DNA from: Chrysomallon squamiferum
Taxonomy: Eukaryota > Animalia > Mollusca
Reading direction: 5' to 3'
Assembly: GCA_012295275.1 (NCBI GenBank)
Contig: CM022673.1
Location: 12,152,001-12,216,000 of the forward strand
DNA: 64,000 nucleotides
Shown: positions 1-12,991 of the stretch, piece by piece
Layout of the letters: the number at the start of each line of letters is the position of its first letter
Position numbering within the stretch: position 1 is the stretch's first letter
The notes under the pieces: model-generated
The model's input: the letters and a program-made list of their open reading frames with translations, nothing else
Database searches by the model: none
Told to the model about the DNA's origin: nothing
Made by a program: the position numbers and the translations under genes

Positions 1-105
1 TTAAACACAAGTCCTGACTGAAGGTGAACACAACGTAATAGCACTGGGAGACCTGAAAAGGACTTAAGTAAAAACAAATAAATAAAATGAACTACACAAA
101 TATAC

Positions 106-1543
106 CTCTTTTGGTCAATTTCTTCAACTAGAGGTCTTGTTCTCTGTATATTTTTTAAAGCTTTTGAATGATCGGGATTCTCAACCAAAGCACGCCTGTA
201 CAGGTGGTCAGCCCTAACAATGTCATGTTCAAAAATTTCTACAAATTCTCCAAAAGCTGCGAGGATGTCTGAATGTGAAGGGTCGAGAGACAGGGCATGT
301 TGAAAGACTTTGAGAGCTCTTTCTGTTTTACCCTGTTCTTGTAGGTCAAGGGCAATGTTTAAAGCTGCAATAGCTTCTCTTTTAACATCTGAAAATAATG
401 ATAATAATAAGACAAAGAAAATAATAAGATGATGATGAAGAAGATAATGATGATAATCATCATCATCGTGGGAAATAATAATAATAATAGTAATAATATT
501 AATACTGAGAAGAAGAAAAAGAACATGATGATGATGATGCGAAATAATAGTAATAATAATAGTAGTAATAACAATAACATCATTATGATTCCAGTAATAA
601 CAACTGTAATAATAATCATATTCAACATCCCAATAATTATAATAAAAATTTAAACAATAATAATTTAACATTAAAAATGTATTCAATTTGTAAAGTTCTG
701 TACATTCTTTTTAGATAGTTATGTATTATATTGTCAATAAAACATTATAGAGAATTAAAGGAACTAATATTTGTTTATAAAGTTGTATTAAAAATAAATG
801 AATTTGTGTTTAAGTTAAAAATATATTTATTTATTATTTAAAACAAACTGCTTTTTAACTTTAATTCGTTAATTCATAAAACAAAATTATTAAAAAATTG
901 GAAAATAATTGAATTTACATGATTAGATATTTTAAAAATAATTACTAATGGTTAACATCGTTTAACGATTAAAATTATATTGCCAATATGTTTAATAAAC
1001 GTTAATTCTTACAGTAGACCAATATTCTTGCTCTTTTTCACTGTGAATAAAATCTATAGTAACCATTATTACCGTGCTGCCATAATTAGTGTATGTCACA
1101 TATTGATATTGAAACATATGTTATTACAAGTCGATACAAATTTAAACTTAAATTATATTATTTATAATCGTAACAGGTTACAGCTTACCTACCTCACCTG
1201 TTTAATGTCATATATAAATTCTCATTATAAGCAAATTATCTATATAATACATTATTATTATACCTTTATTTACAATAGCCTTCCTTTTTGGATGAATTAC
1301 AAGTGACGTTTCATGTGAAGGAAACGAAAGTGATTTAAATTTAGACGACCATGCCAGCTGGTTAAGATTCAAATTAATCAACAAACGTGGAAAGTAAGTG
1401 GCAATATACGCGACAGTTACACTAAAAAAAATAACAATAAATATAACGTTTCGTGACATTACTATTGGTACATAAGACTGTTTATGTCTCTTCAGTATTA
1501 TCAAAATTGAACTCTTAGAACAACTTGACAGCCAATCCGCCAT
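106..1543 (-). CDS. FICD: FIC domain-containing protein adenylyltransferase (HYPE/FICD, BiP AMPylase), 5' part only; gene continues beyond the left window edge
   Basis: Exon 1 1543-1264 (MADWLSS..., hydrophobic TM segment VIFIVIFFSVTVAYIATYF) splices in phase (G|AT) to exon 2 388-106: DVKREAIAALNIALDLQEQGKTERALKVFQHALSLDPSHSDILAAFGEFVEIFEHDIVRADHLYRRALVENPDHSKALKNIQRTRPLVEEIDQKR. This matches the TPR pair and PLVEEIDQR motif of FICD. Junctions are GT-AG. Confidence 0.93.
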
Positions 1544-1889
1544 ACTGACGAAACCGGAAGTATAGTGAGTTGTCAAAACCGAAAACATTAAAGTATTGAA
1601 CTATTAAGAGTAATAGTGGATTATATAAAATAATATTTATTTATGGATCTTCGACAAATAGTGGTCTTTGGCGAAAACCACTGTTATAAATAGTTACAAG
1701 GTGTTTTTGCTTTCAAAATATGCAGTAGTTTTAGCCTGATTATTACAAGTAATTATAATTATTTATTATTCTTTATCCGTTCACCATTTCGTAAAATATG
1801 AAATCTGTTAGAAGATTTGGTCAATTGTCATTGGCTAAGATAAATGTTTCCGGTTTCAGGAACACAAATGCACGTGTTAATCTCGGAAA
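1544..1889. promoter_or_regulatory. Bidirectional promoter shared by FICD and DDX51
   Basis: Only ~350 bp separate the divergent ATGs. The interval is relatively CpG-rich, with ETS-type CCGGAAGT (1554-1561), ATTGG (reverse CCAAT, ~1830), TTCCGG (~1848) and E-box CACGTG (1871-1876). Confidence 0.7.
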
Positions 1890-2268
1890 ATGGCCCTGTT
1901 TGCTATTCAGAGGTTAAACATTCAATGTTTAATATTTAATGATTTTTATTTTTGTTTCACCTTATAACATCATTCAAATTTAGGAAAATTGATTGACTAT
2001 TTTCCTTATTGGTTGAATTTGTCTGTTGTTTAATGATTTAAATTTAAACAATTTTAAAGAAAATAAATAAATAAATAAATCATGTAAATTAAAAATGAAT
2101 AAAAAAGTAATAAACTTTAAAAATATGTTAATATAAATATTTATAATATTTGTTTTTTTTTTAAATAATTTTTTCATCGTTCAGCCAGAATGTGATACAT
2201 ACACTGATACAATGTAATAACAGATAAATATCTACAAAAGCTGTCATTAAGATTAAATACTTATAACA

Positions 2269-2329
<61 letters not shown>

Positions 2330-5300
2330 TAATAATAGTGCTATAATTATTATTTTATTTGTTTTACTTAGGTTTATGGGTGATGAAGAGGAGGAAATTG
2401 AAGAAAATAATCCAACAAAAGCCTCTCATATTTTGGAAAAACTCAGAAAGGAAGCTTTAGCTCGAAAAAAGAAAAAACATAGTAATCAGAATTCAGATCA
2501 GTCACCAAAAACTGCTGACATTAGCCAAAAATCTTTAACACAAGTATCTTTTATTTCTAGAAAACATGAATTAAAAAACAAGAAAGAGAAACGTTTATCT
2601 TCATCTGAAAATGACAGCTCTCACAGTCGCCAAATATCCCAAAATGGCAACAAAAGTGTTGCAGTGGTTACAGGTGAATCACAGAAGAGTCCAAAGAAGA
2701 AGAGAAAACATTCTCAAAGTCTTACTGAAGATTGTGAAAATGTCGGTAATCTCGTTTCCATGTCAAGTCCAGAAAAACAGACATCACTGGATGTTTCAAA
2801 AGATAATGTTTGTATGGATTCTCCCAGATCTGGTAAAAAGAGAAAACAGAGTGATGACTTTGAAGATGATGTGAATAGATCCAAACCTAAACAGACTATT
2901 GATAAAAAAATAACTAAAACAAAAAAGAAAACAAAAAAATCAGTTGAGGATGACGATGATGATATTACAAAAGAAAAAGAAAGTTTTGAAAAAACTGTGG
3001 ATGATTCTTCATCAGAATCAGAAGATGATCACCCAGATGATGATGATGATTCGTTAAATGAATCGGACAAAGATGATAAAAATAATTTAACACAAGACAA
3101 TTCTTTAAGTAATTTAACATCACAGGACAATGACTTGGTTTATGATTCCAAAAAAGAAGGACCTCGTGAAATTGGAGGATTTACAGTCTTAGGAGATTAT
3201 AAAAAGAAACATGTTGAAAAGGTATTACATTTCATTTTCTTTATCTATTGTTCTATTAATAATAAAAAAAGAAAATATATGATGGAAATAAATAATTTGC
3301 TATTTGCTGAATTAGATTTTTCTGTTTGAGTGCAGTGTAATTATTATTATTATTATTAATTTTTTTTTTTAAAGTATATTTTAATTATCTTTATTACTTT
3401 ATAATGATTTTTTTAAATTTTATATCTAGTAGTATTGTGGTATTTATAAGATACTGTTACTGATTTGTAAATTTATCAGCTGACAATGTCCATATAAATA
3501 ATAATTTAAATTTAAAAAAATATTTATATCCATATACAGAATGGAGAGTCATAAAAGTACAAATATGGAGGTTAACAATTTGAATGTTTATTATTATTAG
3601 TTATTTAATATTTAATATGTTGTTGTTTTTTTTATGCTGGAATGTTGTTAAACATTCATTCAGACATGATTAATTATTACAAATATTATTACTATTTTTT
3701 ATTTTTTATAAGGTAAAGCGTGTTCTACCAGATTGGTTGGCAAATCCTGATGTCATTGGTGCTGATTTAAAAAGCTGCCAGGTTCCTGTGTCGTCATTTA
3801 CCAGGTTACATCCTGTGTTGCTTGACAACCTCAGCAAAAATGGAATCACTCACTTTTTCCCAGGTTTGTCAAGAAAATAATTTGAAAAATTTGTTACTGT
3901 CTATTACTATTATATGATAAACTAAATGTTTTGACAAATATGTATCAAAATCAAAAAATATTTGAAAGGCCATTTTTAGAGTATGTATGTTTTTTCAGTA
4001 AAAATGTGGTGAGTTACAGTATTGTGTTTGAACAGGGGTAAGAAGTGTACTGACAGATAGAGTACAGAACTTTTAAATGTGAAAAAATGATTGTTATTGG
4101 GTGAAAATTTTTGTTGTGTGTGTGTCAACATTTATCACTAAAGTTTGCATCCAACATCTCACTCCCATTTTTTTACAGTTCAATAAGTACTTGGCAAAAT
4201 TTAAATTGATGTATTATTGTATAAAAACAGTATCATGAATGTGGAATGAAAAACATTGTATTAACATTTTATAATTAGATCCTGTAGCTTTTCCAACCAA
4301 GTGAAGTGCAGAAAGTGCATATTTCAAATATGTTCACCGACAACTGAAAATTTAGATGTTAAATTACCATTAATGTCAAATTTGTCTAAATCTTCTACAT
4401 ATTATTTCTAATTGTAATTAATCTTTTTTTTTTCTGACAGTACAAGCTCAGGTTATCCCAGTCTTATTAGACATGATCAGACACGGAATTAGGGTGGGTC
4501 CTGGTGGGTACCACCCCAGTGATATCTGTGTGTCTGCATCAACGGGGAGTGGAAAAACACTGGCTTTTGTACTGCCCATTATACAGGTCAGTCTGCTACT
4601 GTTTATTATGTTCTCTTTAAAAACATTATTTATTTATTTATTTGTTCTTTTTAATCTTTTTAATGCTGTTGGCTAAGTGTCTTGACATGCTTGAAGACCA
4701 ACATTGGTGAGATTTCTCAAAATAATGCACTGGCTTAAGTTAAAACTTAATGTTACACTTGCTGGATGGCAAAATACCTGAAGCTGGGAAGTATGTATTG
4801 TGCTAAAAGAGTTAAAAACGTTATTTATTTATTTATTCATTTATTCATTTATTTCTTCTTTTTAAAAGCTTTATTTATTTATTAGTGTGAACTTAGGCAA
4901 CAGTAAGGCTAAATGCTGGGGCAGCTATCCACATTCAGTGTTATTAAATTTACATTTATTATATTCATATATAATATTATATTTAATTAGTGAAATAAGT
5001 AAAAATCTATTTACATATCTGCTTTATTTCTTTTTTCTCTAAAATGTTTGTTCATCTGATAATAAAAAAAAATATATATATCTAGTTTATAACAAGATAT
5101 CTAAATGTAGTAAAAACCGTGTCACATTTGTATTGTATGATAATATTAAATTACCAGGCTCTCAAAGACTGTGTGGTGAGGAAAATTCGAGCTGTTGCTG
5201 TATTACCAGTTAGAGATCTCGCCACGCAAGTACACAAAGTGTTTCAAACGTACTGCCAGGGAACAAACCTTAAAGTAAGAGTAACATTTTCTTCTTTTTT

Positions 5301-8300
5301 ATTTCATTTATTTGTTACTAATTTGGTTTTGTGTATATATATTTTATTTTAGGAAATGTCTCTGTCAATAATAAAAATACAGATAGCATTGTTGTATGAA
5401 CAGTTGTCAGTGAAATAACTGAGTTTTTTTAATTCTTATGGGTCATTCCGTGTCAAATCACCCAATGGTTTAAACCCGACCGTCTCAGATTTTTATGAAA
5501 CTTGGTATACTTGTTGACTGGGATCCCACAGTACCAAATCTGACATTTTAGCTCAATCAGACCAGTGGTGTGGGAGATACGGCCCACGGAATTTTGAGAT
5601 TTTTGCCAAAAATGGGTGTGACCACCAACCTTAGAACCCTCATATCTCAGGAACTACTGGGCCAATCTTCACAAAATTGGTATTGTTAGAAAGGCAAAAT
5701 GACAAGGATACCAAATCTGCCAATTTTGTTTAGTTTGGAAAATATTGGAGTACCTTGACCTTTTGACCTTTGCTATGACCTTGAAATTGACCGTGTGGAT
5801 CACGTGATCTTGAGATGACCTTTATTGAAATTTAATCTCCCACATGTTAACTAAAACATATAAAAGTTTCCTGGGTGTAATATTTTTTGTTTAGCCACAA
5901 TATAGATTTAAAAAATGCACATACCTGAAAATAACACCTTTTCAGCCATTAACATCTGATTGACTAAAACCTGAATGATCAATTCTGGATGCTAAGAATC
6001 ACCATCTCTCTTGATCATTGAGTAAGACATTGTAGGCCTACATGTATGCATAAAGTTCACATATAAAAGTTTCCTGGGTATAATATTTTTTGTTTAGCCT
6101 TAATAGAGATTTAAAAAAATGCATACCTGCATGGATGATTGATACAATGCATTACAATGTACATTTTCTCTGAGACTAAAAACTCATCTTTGGAGTTAAA
6201 ACCCACCTGACATGTCTGAAGGAATGCCTGAAGGATATGAAAAGATGCCAAATGGCATGACATGTTCTACACAATCAGGCTCAAAGGGTTAACAGGAAGT
6301 AATGCTTCAGGCAGGTCAGGAGCTCCTTTAGATTCCCTGGTGCAATCCCCATTGAGCACATGGCAATTTGAAGTTTAAGACAAAGAAGTTTCTTCATCTG
6401 CATTTCTTTGACAATCTGAAGCTTTTTAAGTTGGACACAATGTCAGATGTTGATGAATGATCAATATTTTATTTCATAAAACCTGTTAAGTAATTTTATC
6501 ATGTCATGTGGGCCTTGCCATTGGTTTTGAACAAGGTTTCAGTCAACAGTACAACCCAGTCTGAAATCAGATGTCATCAAGTTGCACTGCATAATGTATT
6601 TGTACACCAAGTCTTCGCACAGATTATGAATAAGGTCTACTTCACCTTAATAAACTGTGATTTATACTTGAGAAGATTGACATAAATGCCTAAGACTTGT
6701 GGGCCTTTGGCAATAACACATGTACTCTGCTGCCATTTTATGACCTGCTTAACTTTACTGAAAGGGTTTCAGGATTTGATTTAATTTTAGGAAAGCACTG
6801 ACTTTGTTCTATTGAACAATACTGAAAATCCTTATTTTTCCAGAGCTAACTGCAGCTTTAACTCTCCTAAAAATGTGTTTATCAACACCATCATATCAAA
6901 AAGGAGTTGTTGTTATCATGGGAAAACTGAGGAAATCGAACTCCTCACTTTTGAAGTGGGATCAAAACACAGGACATCAAGAGTATCATGAACAAGAACT
7001 TTTCATCAAATTTTCAACATCGCAGAAAAACTGTTGTGATCCCCTTTAATCGCCACCCTGAGCAAGCACGCACTAGATCTTTAAGAATTGTTAGCATGGG
7101 CACTTACAAATGCTTAGTAAATCCTCCAAAGACACTAGTGTCAGGAGACAAGTTGTGCTGTGACTGTCTGATTACCCTTCAGAAATCAAAGGTCCTGCAG
7201 AGGATGGCTTTAGTATGGGTGGTACTACAATGGGAGAATTTGGTGATAACTTGCCAGACAAACCGCTGGTTGTTGTTTCCCCAAAAAGGACTTTGATTTG
7301 AATTACATTCTGTTGAGTTTAGGGAAACGCCTGTCAAACTCCATTCACTAGCACATTCCAGTAAATGAATGAAAGGACAGAAAAAACTAGCATCAGCTAC
7401 AGTAACATTAAAATGACATCTTAATGTCTGAATCCTATCCAGAGCGTGTGCAAATCTTGATTTTGTCACCCTTTACCATTGAAAGGACAATGAATTGAAG
7501 GAGGAAATAATCCAATTTTATGAAAGTGATGAGAACAGTAGAATGTGTCTGGGAATGAAGGATACAGTGAGCATTTGAAACAAACATAGTGAGAAGGTTA
7601 AGCATCAGAAACACCTAGTTCTCTCAAATTTATGTGAACTTTATACATACATGATTCAATGTCTTACTAGATGATCAAGAAAGATGGTGATCCCTAGCAT
7701 CCAGAATTGATCATTCAGGTTTTAGTTAATCAGATGTTAATGGCTGTAAACGTGTTATTTTCAGGTATGTGCATTTTTTTAATCTATATTGTTTTTAAAC
7801 AAAAAAAATATTACACCCAGGAAACTTTTATATGTTTTAGTTAACATGTAGGAGATTAAATTTCAATAAAGGTCATCTCAAAATCACGTGATCCACACGG
7901 TCAATTTCAAGGTCATAGCAAAGGTCAAAAGGTCAAGGTACTCCAATATTTTCCAAACTAAACAAAAATGGCAGATTTGGTATCCTTGTCATTTTGCCTT
8001 TCTGACAATACCAATTTTATGAAGATTGGCCCAGTAGTTCCTGAGATATGAGGGTTCTAAGGTTGGTGGTCACACCCATTTTTGGCAAAAATCTCAAAAT
8101 TCCGAGGGCCGTATCTCCCACACCACTGGTCTGATTGAGCTAAAATGTCAGATTTGGTGCTGTGGGATCCCAGTCAACAAGTATACCAAGTTTTATAAAA
8201 ATCTGAGACGGTCGGGTTTAAATTTCTTTTTTTTTTGGGTGATTTGACACGGAATGACCCTTATTTATTATTATATTTGTTAATGTTTTTAACTTAAATT

Positions 8301-11300
8301 ATTTATTTATTTTATTTAATTATTATTATTTTTTGGTAAATTTATATGTGTTTAAATAAGAGAGAGAAAAAAACTGCTGGTGCTGCTATAATTTTTGTTT
8401 ATTTATTTATTTTTATTCAATTTGTTTTTGGTAAAACAAATTTTGTTTATAATCATTATTATATGTATTTTCCACCATTTTTTTCCAGATACCTTTTATT
8501 ATAATTAAGTGTTTTGTTTTTTTGTTTTTTATTTTCAGGTTGGGTTACTGGTAGGACAGAAGACATTTGAGGCTGAGCAGACAATGTTGGTTAAAAAAAG
8601 GTAAATATTTGAGCTGATCAAAGCTAATTATTCAAAATACTTCATCAGAGATAATTTTAGATAATTTTATGTATATAATCTTAAAATGAAGTGTTTTGGT
8701 GTTTTTAAAAAATGTATTAAGTATTCTCAAACAGTAATATTAAGCAAAATGGTAATAATTAACATGTAGATGATTTCACATAAACGTTTTTAAACGATGC
8801 TCTTAATAACAATAAACATTATACAGTGTGCTTTAACAATTTATTTATGTTAATTTTCAGACAGTTTGGATTTCAGACACTTGTTGACATTGTAGTCACA
8901 ACTCCTGGACGTCTGGTTGACCACATCAACAAAACACCAGGATTTGATCTAACACACCTCCGATTTCTTGTAAATATTCTTCTACAATGACATTATGTTC
9001 ACATCATTTCATAATATTATCTCTTTATAGCATAATGATAAAGTTCAAATATTTTGAAGTGTTATTACATCTTACACTACTCAAGGAAAGCGTTTGCTTT
9101 GAAGTTTTTCATACAAAGTTAAAAGCAAGTACTTCATGTATTGTTTGTTAAAAAGTATCCATGTGGCTATTTGGCAGATAGGCTAAATGTCCATTCATTA
9201 TTTGTCACAGGTGATTGATGAAGCAGATCGTATGATTGATGATATAAAGCAGGACTGGATACAGACACTGGAGAATGCTGTCTATCAGACAGACTCCACC
9301 ACTTGGGGGAGCTGTTCTAGAGAAAAATCAGGGGCAATAACTGTAGCAAGGTATGGAGAAATTGTAGTTAGTTTTTTTGTTTGTTGGGGTTTTTTTCCAT
9401 TATGAAGAACCCCTTGAATTAGTGTTTAGAGTTTTATCATATTTTTTTTCTCTTTTTAATTTATTCTGTAAAAAAATTACGAAAATGTTGGAGATTGTTA
9501 AATATTTGATTTGTGTTAAAAGTATTTGATTTATCCTTTTTTTACTATAAATTTGAAAAACCAAAAGCCTGATTTTGTTTATTTTTTTATTTTTAGTTCC
9601 CTGAAAAACCAAATACCAGTAAGTATGCTAAACTGTAAAATTCAAAAACATTTAATAATACAGAATAGAGACAATTTTCATTTCTGAAATTTGCAGGAAT
9701 TTTTGGGGTATATTTACACCTTATCATAAAACAGTTCTAAAGAATTATATGTATTTTAGTTCTAAACATTTATGTTCAAACACATTGATACACATGTTCA
9801 TGGATATATAAAACTCAGACACACAAGCAGCTTTATTTAGACACATGAATGTATCATTTCTTTTCATCAGACTTTATTTTTGACATTTTCAGCTGCAGAA
9901 GTTACTCTTTTCTGCCACCCTCTCTCAGAATCCTGAGAAACTTCAGCAACTAAATCTTTTTCAACCAAAGTTATTTACGTCAGTAATAAAAACTGACAGA
10001 GGTGATGACAGAAGTAATGTTACGTCTGACACTACAAAATCTAGCAAAGGTATGCAAAGTAAAATATGATATTTCAGTGTCTTTTAAATTAATGTTAGAA
10101 ATACATAGTCTATTGTAATATTTTTTAATGTATTATCAGTAACTCCTGCCAATTAGTGTAATGCCGGCAATAATTTAACAAAAAAGAGAGAGAGAGAAAA
10201 AAATGACAACCAAATAAATATTTTTATAATGATTTGACAAAACATTTTACAATGTCAAACTCAAAAAGTATTTTCAGATTCAAAATAGTGTAGGTAAATG
10301 TAAATGATTTTCAGTCTGAAATGAAAATATCACTGACATCTTGTTGTAAAATTTTGTTTTTTATTTTATTGCAGACACATCTGGAAACTTTGTTGGAAAA
10401 TACATAACACCAAAAGGGTTAACAGTACGAGATTATTATTTTTTTTATTATGATTTATATTTCTGTGTTAATAATTAGGTTATTAGCATTTGAAGAATTA
10501 TAGTAATATCAATATAAAATTTAAAAAAAACAACAACCAGATAACAAACTGAATAGCTTGACAATTGCCATGATTATTTTCAATTTATGGCAAAAAACAT
10601 CAAGTTTTTTTAAGCCAATTTTTGTTCATTAATATATATATTTATAACTACATTGTGAAAAACAAATTTAATTCTGCGGTATGTCTTCATGTCTGATTTC
10701 TTTTTAAACAGTCTGAGAGTGATATAATTAAATCTTATGAGGTCTATTTTAATTTGTTTCTAGGAATATTTTGTTGAGAGCAGCAAAGCAGAACGACCAC
10801 TACTGATTCTTCATTTTCTGCACACACTCAAGTTTCGACAAGTTTTGTGTTTTACCAATTCTGTAGAAACCACTCACAGGTAGGAAATAAAATGAAAGTA
10901 TTTTAAATGATGAATGATGATTTAGAAGAATAGTTCTGAATTTCCCATTCCATTTAAAATGATTTACAAAAAAAAAAAAATATTATGGTTTCATTCTAAA
11001 TTCTGACATACATTCCAACAAAAGTGTGATTTGATATATGTAATGTTAATACAGATAGTTCTTCTCAATCAAAAATTAATTGTGGATATACTGAGCAGTT
11101 CATGCTGAAAGAGAGAAATTTCTTAATTATTACTCATAGTGCAACTAGGTTTTAAAAATAGAAAATAAAAAAGAATAATGTAAGTTAGAGGAGAAAAAGT
11201 ATATTTTCTGTTTTAATAAATGTTATTATTTAAATTCCCTTTTTATTGTAAGGGTGTTAAAATGTATTTTCTTATTTCAGGCTCTACCTTCTCATCAAGC

Positions 11301-12991
11301 TGGTGGGTGGGGTGGAGGTGAGGGAGTTTTCATCTGGTCTCCACGCCATCAGAAGAAACAAAATTCTCAAGAAATTTTCAGCAGGTCAAATAGACATGTA
11401 AGTGGGAAAATCTTTCTTTAATTGTTTTTCTTTTTATTTTTTTAAGTGATTTTCATTATAAACATGTTTTTAAAACTTAAATCCTTTTTGTACAAGAAAA
11501 ACATTACTTATCTCCAGGAGCTGTTAATTGAGTGAAGAGTATGTAAAGATTGTCCATTGTTTTAAAAAAATATTTTACTTTCTTTTTTTATTCATTCATA
11601 TTTGGGAAATGTGTAATCCAATGGTAAATATTTACTTGATAAAGATGATAACTGACAGTTAGCCAATATGCTCTTTCCCATTCCAAAGAGTAGCTCATGC
11701 CTGGTTTAGAAAAGAATATGGTATATGCTGACCTGTCATATTATGCAGCTTCAGTATAGAAGCAATGTCTATCAATCAGAACTAATAACTGGAATATTCT
11801 GTGCGTATCACTCTTTTGAATGCTTATTTCAGAATTATACGTTTGAAATAATCCAGTAGTCCATGACAAAATTATGCTCAAATGAAATCAGAAGTTTTAT
11901 CTTTTCTTACAGAATAATCTGCTCTGATTCGATGGCCAGAGGAATGGATGTAGACAATGTGAAGTACGTGATTTCATACGAAAGCCCACCATTCATAAAA
12001 ACATACATCCACCGAGTGGGTCGCACAGCAAGAGCAGGAAAAACAGGCACAGCTTTTACACTGCTGGAACAAAAAGAGGTTGAAATAATTTTTTGTTAAA
12101 ATAAAAAGAACTCTATTATTTTGTTAAATGCTACATTGTTTTTATTTGTGGCGTTTAAAGATGTCGAGAGATCCATTTAATTTATAGGTTATTAGTTAAA
12201 TACAATATTTGCATAATCATTTGAAATATTTAAATCTTCCATAATTCTGTAATACTGAGCACATTTGTTTTTTTCATTTTTTAATGTTGGAGTATTTTGG
12301 ATTTCTGGTTTATTTATTTATACATATATATATAATAAAATTTCACACATTTACAAGAGTGACCTTTTTAATTTTTTCAGATATTCCACTTCAAGAAGAT
12401 GTTAAAGGATGCAGGTAAGACAGGTGTGAAGGAGATGAAAATCGGAAGAAGAGTTTTGAAACCTCATATACCTGGTTACAAAAAGGCATTAGAGCAACTA
12501 CCTGAGATTATCCAGGTGGGTTCAGATAAACAAAAATATTTAGAAATACTAATTAAAATAAGAACAGCCTTTCCTTCTTCTTTTTATTTTATTATATATT
12601 TTGTTAATGTTTTCTGCCATTTCATCCTCTTTTCTTCTTAACTTCAAAAAGATTTTTTAAAAAAGCATTATTTAATTCATTTATCAAGTATGATAAAATG
12701 ATGTAATGCTTTAAAAATAATTAAATTACAGTACATGCATACTTTAGATAATTTCAAAAATAATAATAAATATTTCTGTTCTTTAATAAATTAGAAGATC
12801 ACATTAACTAATGCTTACGTGATACTTTTTTCTCGTTTAATAACAAAAAGCTAAATTACATTTGACTAGTTTAACTTTATTTATATTGACTCCGAGATGA
12901 TTAAATATTTCATCTGTTTATTCATAAATCAATTTAATAACAAATATTCTTGTTTCCATTTCAGTCAGAGAAATCAATGAAGAATAAATGA
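1890..12991 (+). CDS. DDX51: ATP-dependent DEAD-box RNA helicase DDX51 (Dbp6 family), 16 exons
   Basis: Exons 1890-1912, 2372-3221, 3713-3863, 4441-4586, 5158-5274, 8539-8600, 8861-8969, 9211-9350, 9597-9618, 9893-10049, 10375-10424, 10764-10879, 11281-11397, 11913-12078, 12381-12515, 12965-12991, all GT-AG. N-terminus MALFAIQR; motifs [67 protein letters not shown] at ~13027. Confidence 0.95.
2270..2330. repeat. (TAT)n microsatellite
   Basis: Direct reading. Confidence 0.95.
5440..8260 (+). mobile_element. Sola2-like DNA transposon, non-autonomous/decayed, in DDX51 intron 5
   Basis: Termini GGGTCATTCCGTGTCAAATCACCC...GGGTGATTTGACACGGAATGACCC. Inverted arms ~5440-6063 and ~7631-8260; 4-bp TSD TTAT (5436-5439 and 8261-8264). 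Internal remnant with a Cys/His cluster (CCDP.NRH...KLCCDC, ~7030-7170) and [23 protein letters not shown]...[15 protein letters not shown] (7501-7650). A 4-bp TSD, GRG termini and long TIRs fit Sola2; the family call is from recalled motifs. Confidence 0.85.

Noticed and set aside
1-66. Weak hairpin and a possible alternative FICD terminal exon (ttttcag|...RSPSAITLCSPSVRTCV*), with a CAGTGC resembling an IRE loop
   Set aside because: The peptide does not match the FICD continuation and the intron would be only ~53 nt. The IRE stem does not pair, and the sequence is cut by the window edge.
359-653. ORFs rich in poly-N/I/L/M
   Set aside because: Translations of AAT/GAT trinucleotide low-complexity sequence in a FICD intron. 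The same applies to the ORFs at 18985, 53622, 61010 and 62597.
10900-11010. C/D-box-like layout (ATGATGA...CTGA...CTGA) in DDX51 intron 12
   Set aside because: No terminal stem, an internal poly-A run, and no rRNA complement that I could recognise.
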